A DNA stretch of 64,000 nucleotides, from contig CAZEXP010000002.1 of NCBI GenBank assembly GCA_964516845.1, positions 61,477 through 125,476 of the forward strand, read 5' to 3'. Below are positions 1 through 9,067 of this stretch, piece by piece. Within the stretch, counting starts at the first letter, position 1, and the number at the start of each line of letters is the position of its first letter. The position numbers and the translations under genes were made by a program. This stretch comes from an uncultured bacterium (lineage in GTDB: Bacteria; Joyebacterota; Joyebacteria; Joyebacterales; Joyebacteraceae). Below the pieces are notes generated by a model. It saw only the letters and a list, made by a program, of their open reading frames with translations, searched no databases and was not told the DNA's origin.

Positions 1-150
1 CGACGCCCGCACTGCCGACGACACGGAACATGTTCAGCGCTGCTTCACCCAGCTTCGCGAAGAGGTCCATCGCTCCCCTGCCACAGGTTGCTGTTCGGAT
101 CGTATGCGATCGTCGAAATCGACGGCCGGCGCAGCCGGTGCGACCCGACG

Positions 151-1542
151 CTAGAGATCCTCGAACGGCTCGTCCGGACGCGTCGCCAGGTTCTCGAACC
201 GGGTGCACTCGGAACGGAACGCCAGCTTCACGGTCCCGGTCGGACCGTTCCGCTGCTTCCCGATGATGATTTCCGCCATCCCCTGATTCTCGGGCGTCCG
301 CTCGTACTGCTCGCCCCGGTAGACGAACATGACGACGTCCGCGTCCTGCTCGATCGCGCCCGACTCGCGAAGATCCGAGAGGATCGGGCGCCGGTCGCCT
401 CCGCGCTGCTCCACCGCTCGCGAGAGCTGCGAGAGCGCGAGTACCGGAACGTTGAGTTCCTTGGCGAGCGCCTTGAGCGATCGCGAGATCTCGGAGATCT
501 CCTGCTGGCGGTTCTCGACGCGGCCCGTGCCGCGCATGAGCTGCATATAATCCACGATAAGGACGCCCACGTCCACCTCGGCCTTGAGCCGCCGCGCCTT
601 CGAGCGCATCTCGAGGACCGTCATCGCCGGCGTATCGTCGATGTAGATGGCGGCCTCGGAGAGCTGCCCCGCGGCCGTCGTAAGACTCGACCAGTGCCGA
701 TCGGCCAGATACCCGGTGCGGAGCTTGTGCGCGTCAACCCGCGCCTCGCTGCAGAGCATACGCTGGACGAGCTGTTCCTTGCCCATCTCGAGGCTGAAGA
801 TGGCCACCGGCGTGTTGTGTTTGACCGCGGCGTTCGCGGTGATGTTGAGCGCGAACGCCGTCTTCCCCATCGAGGGACGGCCCGCGATGATGACGAGGTC
901 GGAACGCTGGAAGCCGGACGTCAGTTTGTCGAGGTCGTCGAACCCGGAACCGATACCGGTGATGTGTTCCTTCTTGTCGTAGAGCTCCTGGATGACCTCG
1001 AAGCTGTGCTTGAGGATCTCGCGCATCGGCATGAAGTCACGGCGGACCCGTGATTGCGCTATGTCGAAGATCATGTTCTCGGCGCGGTCGAGGATCTCCG
1101 CGGCGTCGCCACTCGCGTCGTACGCCTCCTGAACGACCTCGGTCGCTGTGGTGATGAGCCTGCGAAGCACGGCCTTCTCGAGGACGATCTTCGCGTGGTA
1201 GCGGACGTTCGCCGCGGTCGGAACGCTGCCCAGGATCGTCGAGAGATACGCGGCGCCGCCGACGGCGTCGAGCTCCTTCTTTCGCTTGAGCTCCTGCGTC
1301 AGCGTCACGAGGTCGACGGCCTCGCTCTTCGAGAACAGATCCATGATGGCGCGGAAGATCTTCCGGTGGCTGTCGCGATAGAAGGACTCCGGATTGAGCA
1401 GCTCCGCGCCCGCCCCGATCGCCTCTATGTCGAGCATCATCGCGCCGAGCACCGCGACCTCAGCCTCGTGCGCCTGCGGCGGCACACGATCTCCGGCGAC
1501 CATCGTCCCCGTCCGCCGCACGCCTTCTTTCACTGTCGCCAT
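151..1542 (-). CDS. dnaB: Replicative DNA helicase DnaB
   Basis: 463-aa ORF with an N-terminal DnaB domain and a C-terminal RecA-like ATPase. Walker A 'GRPSMGKTAF' and the typical 'SLEM...QLV.R' and 'IIGKQRNGPTG' motifs are present. Confidence 0.92.
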   Translation of the reverse strand: MATVKEGVRRTGTMVAGDRVPPQAHEAEVAVLGAMMLDIEAIGAGAELLNPESFYRDSHRKIFRAIMDLFSKSEAVDLVTLTQELKRKKELDAVGGAAYLSTILGSVPTAANVRYHAKIVLEKAVLRRLITTATEVVQEAYDASGDAAEILDRAENMIFDIAQSRVRRDFMPMREILKHSFEVIQELYDKKEHITGIGSGFDDLDKLTSGFQRSDLVIIAGRPSMGKTAFALNITANAAVKHNTPVAIFSLEMGKEQLVQRMLCSEARVDAHKLRTGYLADRHWSSLTTAAGQLSEAAIYIDDTPAMTVLEMRSKARRLKAEVDVGVLIVDYMQLMRGTGRVENRQQEISEISRSLKALAKELNVPVLALSQLSRAVEQRGGDRRPILSDLRESGAIEQDADVVMFVYRGEQYERTPENQGMAEIIIGKQRNGPTGTVKLAFRSECTRFENLATRPDEPFEDL

Positions 1543-1579
1543 GCTGCCTCCGTGACGGCCGTCTTCGCGGCCGCGGCCA

Positions 1580-2542
1580 CTATCCCCGGTCGTACTCCCT
1601 CCGAATACGGAGGAAGTCCTCCCACATCGGCCGCTTGTACTTCGGATCCCTCAGCGCGGCGGCCGGGTGGTAGGTCGGTATGACCTTGATGTCTCGATGC
1701 CGATACACCTTGCCCCGCATGCTCCCCATCGACCCCCGGATCCCGAGAAGGGTCTGCGTCGCCGGGAGCCCCAGGGTGCAGATGATGCGTGGCGCTATCA
1801 GCGCGATCTGCCGAGCCAGGAACGGCACACACGACTCGATCTCGTTCGTCAGCGGTGTGCGGTTGTTCGGAGGTCGGCACTTGATGATGTTGGCGATGTA
1901 GACCTCGTCCCGCTCGAACTCGGCGGCATCCAGGATCTTGTCGAGAAGCTCACCGGCGCGACCGACGAACGGCACGCCCTGAAGGTCCTCGTTCTTCCCG
2001 GGGCCCTCACCGATGAACATCAGATCGGCCGTGGGACTGCCGGCGCCGAACACGACGTTCGTCCGCGTCGCCGCCAGCTCGCATGCCTCGCAGGCCGTCA
2101 CGAGCTTCGAGACGCACTCGAGGTCGCCGCAGCGATCGACGGGCGACCTGTCAACGAACATGTCGCGCTCGCCCTCGCCCGCGCCCAGCGCCAGCCGAAC
2201 ATCGATGAACTCGACCTCCGGCAGCGCCGCCGCCTTCGCCCGGACCGAGTCCGGATCCGCGGTGGCCGTTGTGGTCTGCGACCGGCTCTTCGCCACATCA
2301 TCCGCCGGCGTCGGCGAGGTCACGTCCCCCCCGCCGCTTGTCGCCGTCGCGATTACCGTGGGGGCCTTCTCCGGTGCGGCAGCTGCGTGAATGACGCGCT
2401 TGCCCTTGATGAGCGCAACGGTCTCGCGGGAGAGGATGAGTTCCTCTTCTCCGGCCTCCCTCATCTGGCGAAGGTACCGCGTCACCTGCTCGTCCGGCGA
2501 GTCCTGTCTCAAATCACGCGCCATCGTCCGGCTCCCAGCCAA
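1580..2542 (-). CDS. Uracil-DNA glycosylase, family 4 (4Fe-4S type), with ~120-aa low-complexity N-terminal extension
   Basis: C-terminal 200 aa carry the family-4 UDG motifs 'ACEACELAATRTNVVFGAGSPTADLMFIGEGPG...GVPFVGRAGELL'. The N-terminus is Pro/Thr/Ala-rich. The exact start is ambiguous: Met codons at 2542, 2524 and 2464, and the 2542 start would overlap coaBC by 28 nt. Confidence 0.7.
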   Translation of the reverse strand: MAGSRTMARDLRQDSPDEQVTRYLRQMREAGEEELILSRETVALIKGKRVIHAAAAPEKAPTVIATATSGGGDVTSPTPADDVAKSRSQTTTATADPDSVRAKAAALPEVEFIDVRLALGAGEGERDMFVDRSPVDRCGDLECVSKLVTACEACELAATRTNVVFGAGSPTADLMFIGEGPGKNEDLQGVPFVGRAGELLDKILDAAEFERDEVYIANIIKCRPPNNRTPLTNEIESCVPFLARQIALIAPRIICTLGLPATQTLLGIRGSMGSMRGKVYRHRDIKVIPTYHPAAALRDPKYKRPMWEDFLRIRREYDRG

Positions 2543-3776
2543 GCTCGTGGATCGCGGCCGACAGGACGATGTCGGCCAGTTCGACCTTCGTCACGAGGCC
2601 GGGCGCCGTTTCGGCGCCTGAACGCGTGATGATGGTCGCCACATTGGTCTCGACGTCGAACCCCGCGCCCACGTGCCGCGGGTTGTTGATCACGACGACA
2701 TCAAGGCCCTTCGACTCGAGCTTCCGCCGTCCTTCCGCGAGCTCGTCCTGCGTCTCGAGCGCGAAGCCTACCACGCCCTGCCCCTCGCGTCTTGTTTCGG
2801 CGAAGGTCGAGAGGATGTCCGGTGTTCTCTCGAGCGTGAGTGTGAGCGTCTCCGCGGACTTCTTGATCTTCTCGCTCGCCGTTTCCGCCGGAGCGTAGTC
2901 GGCCGGGGCGGCCGCCATGACGAGCAGGTCGGCGTCCCGGACAGCTTCCAGCACCGCGTCTCGCATCTCGAGCGTCGTCTCGACTCTCACGAAGGTCGCG
3001 CCGTCAGGTGTCTCGAGCGACGTCGGGCCGGACACGAGCGTCACGGTCGCGCCGCGCGCCACAGCCCGCTCCGCCAACGCATACCCCATCCGTCCGCTCG
3101 AGCGGTTGCCGATGAAACGCACCGGGTCTATGGCTTCGCGCGTCGGTCCCGCCGTGACTACGATGGACCTCCCTGCGAGGTCCTGTGGCGGAGCCAGCAT
3201 CTCGAGGACGAGATCGACGATGGCGTCGGGGTCGGCGAGCCGCCCCTTCCCCACGGCGCCGCTCGCCAGTCGTCCGGTCTCGGCCTCCACGATGATGACA
3301 CCGCGGGATCGAAGCGTCTCCACGTTCTCCGTTACCGCGTCCGATTCCATCATGTGGACGTTCATCGCGGGAGCGACGATGACCGGGCACGTCATCGCCA
3401 TGAGTTCGGTCGAGAGGAAATCGTCGGCCACGCCGGTGGCCATCTTCCCGATGATGTTCGCCGAGGCCGGAGCGATGACAGCGAGGTCGGCCGCCTCGGC
3501 GAGATGGATGTGACGAAGCCGCGCGCGGCCCGACACCGCCTCTTCGACGGGTCTGACGCCGTGCTTCGTCTCCGGGAACATTTCGACGATGACCTGATTG
3601 CCCGAGAGAGTCTCGAAGGTCAGCGGGGTGATGAACCGCGTGGCGTTCGCGGTCATGGCGACGACCACGTTTGCGCCGGCCGCCACCAGTCTGGTGACGA
3701 TGTGCGGGGCCTTGAACGCGGCGATGCTGCCGGTGACCCCGAGTACGATCGTCTTTCCGCTGAGTGGAACTCCCAT
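2514..3776 (-). CDS. coaBC: Bifunctional phosphopantothenoylcysteine decarboxylase/phosphopantothenate-cysteine ligase
   Basis: 420-aa ORF with an N-terminal flavoprotein domain ('GVTGSIAAFKAP') followed by a C-terminal DFP/CoaB ligase domain. Confidence 0.9.
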   Translation of the reverse strand: MGVPLSGKTIVLGVTGSIAAFKAPHIVTRLVAAGANVVVAMTANATRFITPLTFETLSGNQVIVEMFPETKHGVRPVEEAVSGRARLRHIHLAEAADLAVIAPASANIIGKMATGVADDFLSTELMAMTCPVIVAPAMNVHMMESDAVTENVETLRSRGVIIVEAETGRLASGAVGKGRLADPDAIVDLVLEMLAPPQDLAGRSIVVTAGPTREAIDPVRFIGNRSSGRMGYALAERAVARGATVTLVSGPTSLETPDGATFVRVETTLEMRDAVLEAVRDADLLVMAAAPADYAPAETASEKIKKSAETLTLTLERTPDILSTFAETRREGQGVVGFALETQDELAEGRRKLESKGLDVVVINNPRHVGAGFDVETNVATIITRSGAETAPGLVTKVELADIVLSAAIHELGWEPDDGA

Positions 3777-3788
3777 GATCTCTGAGCG

Positions 3789-4025
3789 CTACTTCGCGCC
3801 GTCCTCCTTCTTCGTCTCGACCACCATGTGCTCCTTGGCGATCGTGTACTCCACGTTGCCGTCGGTGACCATCTTGATAGCGAGCGACGTCACCTTGGCG
3901 GTCGGATCCTGCCGGTCTTCCGGCGCCATCGCATGCAGACGCCTGGCGACCTTGGCCGCCAGAATGGCGGCGAGGTACTCGTTCTTCACGGTCTTGAGCA
4001 TCTCTCGCTTCTTGAGAGGTTCCAT
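3789..4025 (-). CDS. rpoZ: DNA-directed RNA polymerase subunit omega
   Basis: 'MEPLKKREMLKTVKNEYLAAILAAKVARRLH' matches the RpoZ N-terminus. The start is taken at the internal ATG at 4025, which shares 1 nt with the gmk stop. The longer track ORF (to 4109) would overlap gmk. Confidence 0.75.
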   Translation of the reverse strand: MEPLKKREMLKTVKNEYLAAILAAKVARRLHAMAPEDRQDPTAKVTSLAIKMVTDGNVEYTIAKEHMVVETKKEDGAK

Positions 4026-4711
4026 CAGCTTCTCCTGTTCTCTGTTTCGCCGCAATCCGCGGCGCTTCCGCCACAATCCGCGGCGCTTCCGCCACACTCG
4101 GTGGCGCATTTGCCATCACGGGCGGCGCGTTCGGCATCGATGACGCCGCGCACCTCCTCGATGGCCTGGTTCAGATCATCATTGGTCACACCGTGGTCGT
4201 ACCGCTCGGCCACCTCGAGCTCACCGTGCGCGTTCCTGAGCCTCGTCTCGATGACCTCCGCGCTGTCTGTCGCGCGCCCCCGGAGTCTGTCCTCGAGCTC
4301 GCCGTGAGACGGCGGGTGGATGAAGATCAGAAGCGACTCCGGGAAAGCCCCGCGCATCTGCATTCCACCCTGGACATCGAGATCCATGATGACGTCCAGC
4401 CCCTTCCCCGTCGTCTCGCGGATGACGCTCTTCCTCGTGCCGTAGCTGTACCCGTGCACGCATGCGTGCTCCGCAAGGTCACCGGCCGCGACGAGGTCCG
4501 CGAACTCGCTCTCCGAGACGAACTCGTAGTGCTCTCCGTCGGTCTCGCCACGGCGTGGCGGCCGCGTTGTCACCGACACGGAGTAGGACAAGAGCGGATC
4601 GCTTGCCAGAAGCTCCCTGGTGATTGTCGTCTTGCCGACACCGGACGGGCCGGAGATCACGATCGGAAATGCCTGTCGCACGTCACGTCTCCCACCTGCG
4701 ATGTCCGCCAC
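4025..4711 (-). CDS. gmk: Guanylate kinase
   Basis: P-loop 'ISGPSGVGKTT', GMP-binding motifs and 'SVTTRPPR' are present. The C-terminal tail contains a duplicated heptapeptide 'GGSAADC' encoded by a 21-bp tandem repeat. Confidence 0.9.
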   Translation of the reverse strand: MADIAGGRRDVRQAFPIVISGPSGVGKTTITRELLASDPLLSYSVSVTTRPPRRGETDGEHYEFVSESEFADLVAAGDLAEHACVHGYSYGTRKSVIRETTGKGLDVIMDLDVQGGMQMRGAFPESLLIFIHPPSHGELEDRLRGRATDSAEVIETRLRNAHGELEVAERYDHGVTNDDLNQAIEEVRGVIDAERAARDGKCATECGGSAADCGGSAADCGETENRRS

Positions 4712-4735
4712 CTGCGGCGTCCGCGCCCGGAAGCG

Positions 4736-4993
4736 CTAGTTGTCATCCTGCGAGTCGAGACCTTCGAGCCGCTGTGTGATCGTCTCGACCGCGATCGCTG
4801 AGAGGATGACGTGGTCGCTGTCCGTCACGATGACGGCGCGTGTGCGGCGGCCCTGCGTCGCATCGACGAGCTTGCCGGTTTCCCGCGCGTGATCCTTCAT
4901 GCGCTTGACCGGCGCCGAGCCCGGCGTCACGATGGCAACCACACGGTCGCGCGCAACGACGTTCCCGAATCCAATGTTGAGCAGTGCGCTCAC
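4736..4993 (-). CDS. remA: DUF370 / RemA-like extracellular matrix regulatory protein
   Basis: 85-aa product that aligns end-to-end with B. subtilis RemA/YlzA ('NIGFGN...APVKRM...DAT.GRRTRAV...DSDHVILSA'). Confidence 0.8.
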   Translation of the reverse strand: MSALLNIGFGNVVARDRVVAIVTPGSAPVKRMKDHARETGKLVDATQGRRTRAVIVTDSDHVILSAIAVETITQRLEGLDSQDDN

Positions 4994-5065
4994 CGAGGCC
5001 GTCCTCCATCGCGAGGTCGCCGGGCCGTCAGCTGCGACTCCCGCAACTTCCCGCCGGGCGCCGCG

Positions 5066-5944
5066 CTACTCCACGTTCTGGACCTGTTCCCTGAGCTTCT
5101 CGATCTCCTCCTTGAGAGAGAGGTCGAGCGCCGCAAGATCGAGATCGATGTTCTTGGAGCCGATCGTGTTCGCCTCGCGGTGCATCTCCTGAACGAGGAA
5201 GTTCAACCGCTTGCCGGTCGCCCCGTCCTCGGCGATCGTGGCCTTCGTGTGCTCGATATGAGCTCTGAGCCGGACGATCTCTTCGGTGAAGTCCGCCCGT
5301 TCGGCGGCCGAGGCGAGTTCCTGCGCGAGCCGCGCCTGGTCGACCTCGATCTCGTCTCCCATGAAGGCGTTGACGCGCTCGGTCATCTTCTCCTTGAGAG
5401 CGGCCGCGGCGCGCGGAGCCGCCTCCTCGATACCGGCGACAAGCGTACCGACGAGTCCCAGACGCTCCTCGAACTCCGCAACGAGCTGGCGTCCTTCCTC
5501 CTCGCGCATGGCGACGAGTCCGCTCACGGCCTCCTCGAGAACCGGCGAGACGACGTCCCAGAGGCGGTCCGCCTCGAGATCATCATCGGCCTGCTCGAAG
5601 AGCTGCGGGAATCGCGTCAGCACCGCCAGGTCGATATCCTCGGGGATGCCGAGTTCGCCGGCCAGTTCCCTCAGCTCACTCACGAGCGTCGCCGCCGCCG
5701 CGCGGTTGATCCCGGGCGCCGCCGACTCCCCCTCCTCACGCCACTCCATGTACACGGTCACGCGACCGCGATTGAGATGTGACTCGAGGTAGCGCCGGAT
5801 CCTGTCCTCGATCCGAAGGAAAAGACGCGGCGCCTTGACCTGAATGTCCAGAAAACGTTGGTTCACGGAACGCACTTCGGCACGGACGCACCGTCCGTCC
5901 ATCGTCCGCTCCGCGCTGCCGTAGCCAGTCATGCTCCTCAGCAC
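5066..5944 (-). CDS. yicC: YicC-family stress-induced protein (TIGR00255)
   Basis: 'MLRSMTGYG...VRSVNQRFLD' matches the YicC N-terminus. It has a GTG start preceded by AAGGAGG. The gene order yicC-remA-gmk-rpoZ-coaBC is a conserved arrangement. Confidence 0.85.
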   Translation of the reverse strand: MLRSMTGYGSAERTMDGRCVRAEVRSVNQRFLDIQVKAPRLFLRIEDRIRRYLESHLNRGRVTVYMEWREEGESAAPGINRAAAATLVSELRELAGELGIPEDIDLAVLTRFPQLFEQADDDLEADRLWDVVSPVLEEAVSGLVAMREEEGRQLVAEFEERLGLVGTLVAGIEEAAPRAAAALKEKMTERVNAFMGDEIEVDQARLAQELASAAERADFTEEIVRLRAHIEHTKATIAEDGATGKRLNFLVQEMHREANTIGSKNIDLDLAALDLSLKEEIEKLREQVQNVE

Positions 5945-6122
5945 GGGCGCGAACCTCCTTGTGGCTGGGGTGACCTAACATGATAACGATTCACACGGCA
6001 AGAGTCAACGATTCGCCTGTTTTCGGGCGTTTCCTGCGATATGACGACGGCGTTGCGGCCGGGCCGGCGCTGCGATAGACTCCCGAGTACCGACACACGC
6101 ATCCGGCGCATGGAGGCAGACC

Positions 6123-7535
6123 CTGGACACGACCCTTACCACCCATCTGGTGCACGAGATCGCCCCAAAGATCATCGGGAACAGAGTCCACCGGGTCACG
6201 TCCACCGGACCCGGTGTCCTGGTCCTGGAACTCGACGGCGCCCGCCTCATCGTGGCGGTGGACCGGGCCCTTCCTCTCATCGCGCTCACCAGCCGCCCGA
6301 TCAACGAGTCTGTCGGCGCCGGAGCGGACCACCGGCTCAGCCGGGAACTCACGGGGGCGCGGATCGACAGCCTGTGGGCCATCCCGGAGACCGCCGTGAT
6401 CGAACTCGGGTTCGAACGCACGAACCCTGCCGGGATCGCTTCGACGAAGACCGCCACAATCGATCTCGGCCGCCATCCCGGTCTGACCATCGGTCCCACC
6501 GGAGACAGGGACCGCTCGGACGCATCCCCACCCCCCGCCGACGGCTTCGTCGTGACCGAGTGGACGGATGACGCGGGCCGCCCCCACGCCCGCCTCGGGA
6601 TCTCGGGCACCGAGCGTCACCCGCAGCGGGAACACACGCGGTTCGACTCGGCCAACGAGGCGGCACTCCACGCGTTCGACTCCATCTTCGCCGATCTCGG
6701 CCCCTCCCGTCGGCGCGACATCGTCCTGAAGGCCATCGCCACACAGCTGCGCCGCAAGCGGCGGGGCGTCACGAAGGTCCGGGCGGAGATCGACGACGCC
6801 GAGCGCGCCGGCGAGTACCGATCGCTGGGGCAGCTCATCCTCGCAAGGAAGGACTCCATCAAGCGCGGCGATGACCGCGCGACCCTCGTGGACTATGACG
6901 GCGCCACGCGTGTGGAGGTCGAACTCGACCCGAAGCTGACGCCGCAGGACAACGCCGAGACCTACTTCCGGCGCGCGAAGAAGGCCGAGAAGAGAGCGCA
7001 GCGCGCGCCCGAGCGATTGGCATCGCTGGAGGCGGAGGTCGAAGAACTCATCCGGGCCGTCTCGACCGCCGAAGAGGCCGACGAGACCCGGCTCGAGCAG
7101 CTCGAGGAGACGTTCACGCGCCCGGTGTCGGCGCGCGGCCGGAAGGAAAAGCAGGAAGAGCGCGTGCACTACCGCACCTATCACATCAGCGGCGGATGGG
7201 ACGTGCTCGTCGGGAAGACGAACCGCGACAACGATGTGCTCACACACAGAATCGCGCGCCCGGGCGACCTCTGGTTCCACGCACGGCAGGTCGCCGGGTC
7301 GCACGTCGTCCTTCGCATCCCGGCCGGCGACCGCCGCCCGGACCGCCAGGCGATCCTCGAGGCCGCGGCTATTGCGGCCTTCCACAGCAAGGCGGGCCGC
7401 TCGTCGAAGGTCTCAGTAAGCTACACGGAGAAGCGACATGTGCGAAAACCGCGAGGAGCCAAGGCGGGCCTCGCGGTCATCAGCAGAGAGAAGTCTGTCA
7501 TGGTGCGTCCGGCCATCCCGGAGACCGGGATCTGA
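6123..7535 (+). CDS. rqcH: RqcH/NFACT-family ribosome quality-control protein (fibronectin-binding protein A-like, DUF814)
   Basis: An N-terminal NFACT-N domain aligns with B. subtilis RqcH from residue 1, and a C-terminal NFACT-R/DUF814 region is present ('HARQVAGSHVVLR'). The track ORF starts at GTG 6150, but the homologous N-terminus begins at CTG 6123, which is preceded by GGAGG at a 6-nt spacing. Confidence 0.75.
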   Translation: MDTTLTTHLVHEIAPKIIGNRVHRVTSTGPGVLVLELDGARLIVAVDRALPLIALTSRPINESVGAGADHRLSRELTGARIDSLWAIPETAVIELGFERTNPAGIASTKTATIDLGRHPGLTIGPTGDRDRSDASPPPADGFVVTEWTDDAGRPHARLGISGTERHPQREHTRFDSANEAALHAFDSIFADLGPSRRRDIVLKAIATQLRRKRRGVTKVRAEIDDAERAGEYRSLGQLILARKDSIKRGDDRATLVDYDGATRVEVELDPKLTPQDNAETYFRRAKKAEKRAQRAPERLASLEAEVEELIRAVSTAEEADETRLEQLEETFTRPVSARGRKEKQEERVHYRTYHISGGWDVLVGKTNRDNDVLTHRIARPGDLWFHARQVAGSHVVLRIPAGDRRPDRQAILEAAAIAAFHSKAGRSSKVSVSYTEKRHVRKPRGAKAGLAVISREKSVMVRPAIPETGI

Positions 7536-7569
7536 AACGCGTGCACCGGGTCACCACCATCACGCCCCG

Positions 7570-8355
7570 CTAGCGCCTCCGCGCCACGTACCACAGCCAC
7601 GAACACGTCGTGTCTGGAACCGTCGGATCGAGCACGTTTCCCTGCAGAGCGTACACCTCCTGAAACTCGAGCCCCGCGTCCGCGAGCTGCTCGATCTGGC
7701 CCTGCACGGAGATGTAGTACGTCAGGAGCCCGTAATGATGCGCGGGGTCGTTGATGATGCGATACTTCTCACCGGTGTATTCGTACTTCCTGTTCAGCCA
7801 CCGGTTCCGGCTGCACCGCCAGAACCTGACGAATCGCTTCACGGCCGCGCACGGGTCGAGCGTGAAGTCGTAGCCGGGCTGACGGTCGGCCAGCGGGTAG
7901 TCGCGGTTGTGCGTGGAGAAGACGAACAGACCGCCCGGCCGGAGCACCCGGCTCATCTCCGAGAGACCCTTGAGCCGGTCCTCGTGGGTAAGCGAGTCGA
8001 ACCCGTTGTTGGCGAAGACGACCGTGTCGAACGAAGCATCCTTGAAGCGGCGGAGGTCACGCACGTCGCCTGCGGAGACGTCCACACCGGGACAACGCAG
8101 CCGGCAGAGCCTCACCATCCCCTCGGCGTAGTCGACGGCCTTGTACTCGCCGGCCCACCGGCTGAGAAAGACCGCGGTCCGACCGGCGCCACAGCCGATG
8201 TCCAGGATCTTCGTCCCCCAGAGATCACCATGGTACTTCATGAAGATCATGACCTCCGGCATCTGCAGATTGCTCTGCAGATAGCTGGACGCGACCTTCT
8301 CGGCGCTGTAGCAGCTCTGGTTGACCTGGTCCTGACGGCTCATCACATGCCTCAC
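7570..8355 (-). CDS. Class I SAM-dependent methyltransferase
   Basis: Motif I 'LDIGCGAGR' and a Methyltransf_11/25-type fold are present. The product is 261 aa. Confidence 0.75.
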   Translation of the reverse strand: MRHVMSRQDQVNQSCYSAEKVASSYLQSNLQMPEVMIFMKYHGDLWGTKILDIGCGAGRTAVFLSRWAGEYKAVDYAEGMVRLCRLRCPGVDVSAGDVRDLRRFKDASFDTVVFANNGFDSLTHEDRLKGLSEMSRVLRPGGLFVFSTHNRDYPLADRQPGYDFTLDPCAAVKRFVRFWRCSRNRWLNRKYEYTGEKYRIINDPAHHYGLLTYYISVQGQIEQLADAGLEFQEVYALQGNVLDPTVPDTTCSWLWYVARRR

Positions 8356-8479
8356 TCTCGCGGTTCGCTTCCGACTGCACCAGAGCGTGCATGAGAAGTG
8401 CCGAAACGGTCAGACCACGCTGAAAAACAGCACCATCGTGACCAAACGGCATAGATTATTGCATACGGCACAGCATTTG

Positions 8480-9019
8480 TCAGAGGAACCGCTCGAAGCG
8501 GTCGCTGGATGCCCCACAGATTGGACATTTGCCGGGTGGCTGCTCGCGGGCACAGAGGTAACCGCAGACGCGGCACCGGAGGACGGGAAGCGATGGCGCC
8601 GGCCCACCTGCCGGCCTGGATGCGTCCGCGGCTCCGATGGAGGCCGATCGCCGCGACGACGACGCGCGCTCCTCCTCCGACGGGCGCCGCTCGGGGATCG
8701 AGTGCGGTGCCTGCCGCCCCTCGAGCACCTCATCGCCGACATAGAGCGAGCAGTAGCAGCAGCCGTACTCGGCCAGATCGGGATCACGGTAGTCGCACGG
8801 ACAGACAATGTCGAGGTCGTCGGCGCGCTCACCCGACGCGAGCCGGCAGGGACACGCCGCGTACCCCAACCGCTTCGCATTGCACGCAAGCCCCTCGATC
8901 AGCTCACGAGTGAACTCGCGATCGGGGTTGAGATGGTATCCATGCGCCTCGGCATCGTGCTCGAGCTTCGCATGGAGCTCGTCGATCTCTTCCGACGTGC
9001 AGCGCGTTTCGTCGTTCAC
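8480..9019 (-). CDS. Ferredoxin:thioredoxin reductase catalytic-subunit-like protein fused to C-terminal rubredoxin domain (FDR-like)
   Basis: FTR-type cysteines ('CPCR...CPCD...CCYC') are followed by the rubredoxin motif 'CRVCGY...CPICGA'. Confidence 0.75.
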   Translation of the reverse strand: MNDETRCTSEEIDELHAKLEHDAEAHGYHLNPDREFTRELIEGLACNAKRLGYAACPCRLASGERADDLDIVCPCDYRDPDLAEYGCCYCSLYVGDEVLEGRQAPHSIPERRPSEEERASSSRRSASIGAADASRPAGGPAPSLPVLRCRVCGYLCAREQPPGKCPICGASSDRFERFL

Positions 9020-9067
9020 TGTCTTCCTGCTCCTCGCGGCCTCAGACTCCCCGCGATCCTGGACTCA

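Noticed and set aside
4053-4094. Tandem direct repeats (here, at 32030-32100, and the 18-bp repeats at 40270-40305) as a CRISPR array
   Set aside because: There are only 2-3 copies with no unique spacers. The repeats are in-frame within coding sequence or short 3'-UTR duplications, and no cas genes are present.
3789-4109. Longer rpoZ ORF starting at 4109 (MRHRVWRKRRGLWRKRRGL...)
   Set aside because: It would overlap gmk by 85 nt. The N-terminal extension is encoded by the 21-bp tandem repeat and has no similarity to RpoZ. The internal ATG at 4025 gives the canonical omega N-terminus.
5945-6122. Candidate sigma70 promoter (TTGTGG-17-GATAAC) and 'aacgattc' direct repeats in the yicC/rqcH divergent region
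   Set aside because: The match to consensus is weak and the repeats are short. It cannot be distinguished from chance without transcription-start data.
5991-7385. 464-aa minus-strand ORF antisense to rqcH (also 88..1053+, 3004..4137-, 20371..22176+, 23211..26432+ of 1073 aa, 27248..29527+ of 759 aa, 30520..31374+, 40013..42433+ of 806 aa)
   Set aside because: These are Arg/Pro/Gly/Ala-rich translations with no recognisable domains. Each lies antisense or out of frame to a gene with strong homology. Long open frames of this kind are expected by chance at 68% GC.
8355-8480. Possible tRNA or ncRNA in AT-richer intergenic regions (8355-8480, 53900-54066, 62088-62223)
   Set aside because: No cloverleaf-compatible stems, anticodon-loop or T-loop (GTTCRANYC) motifs were found by eye.
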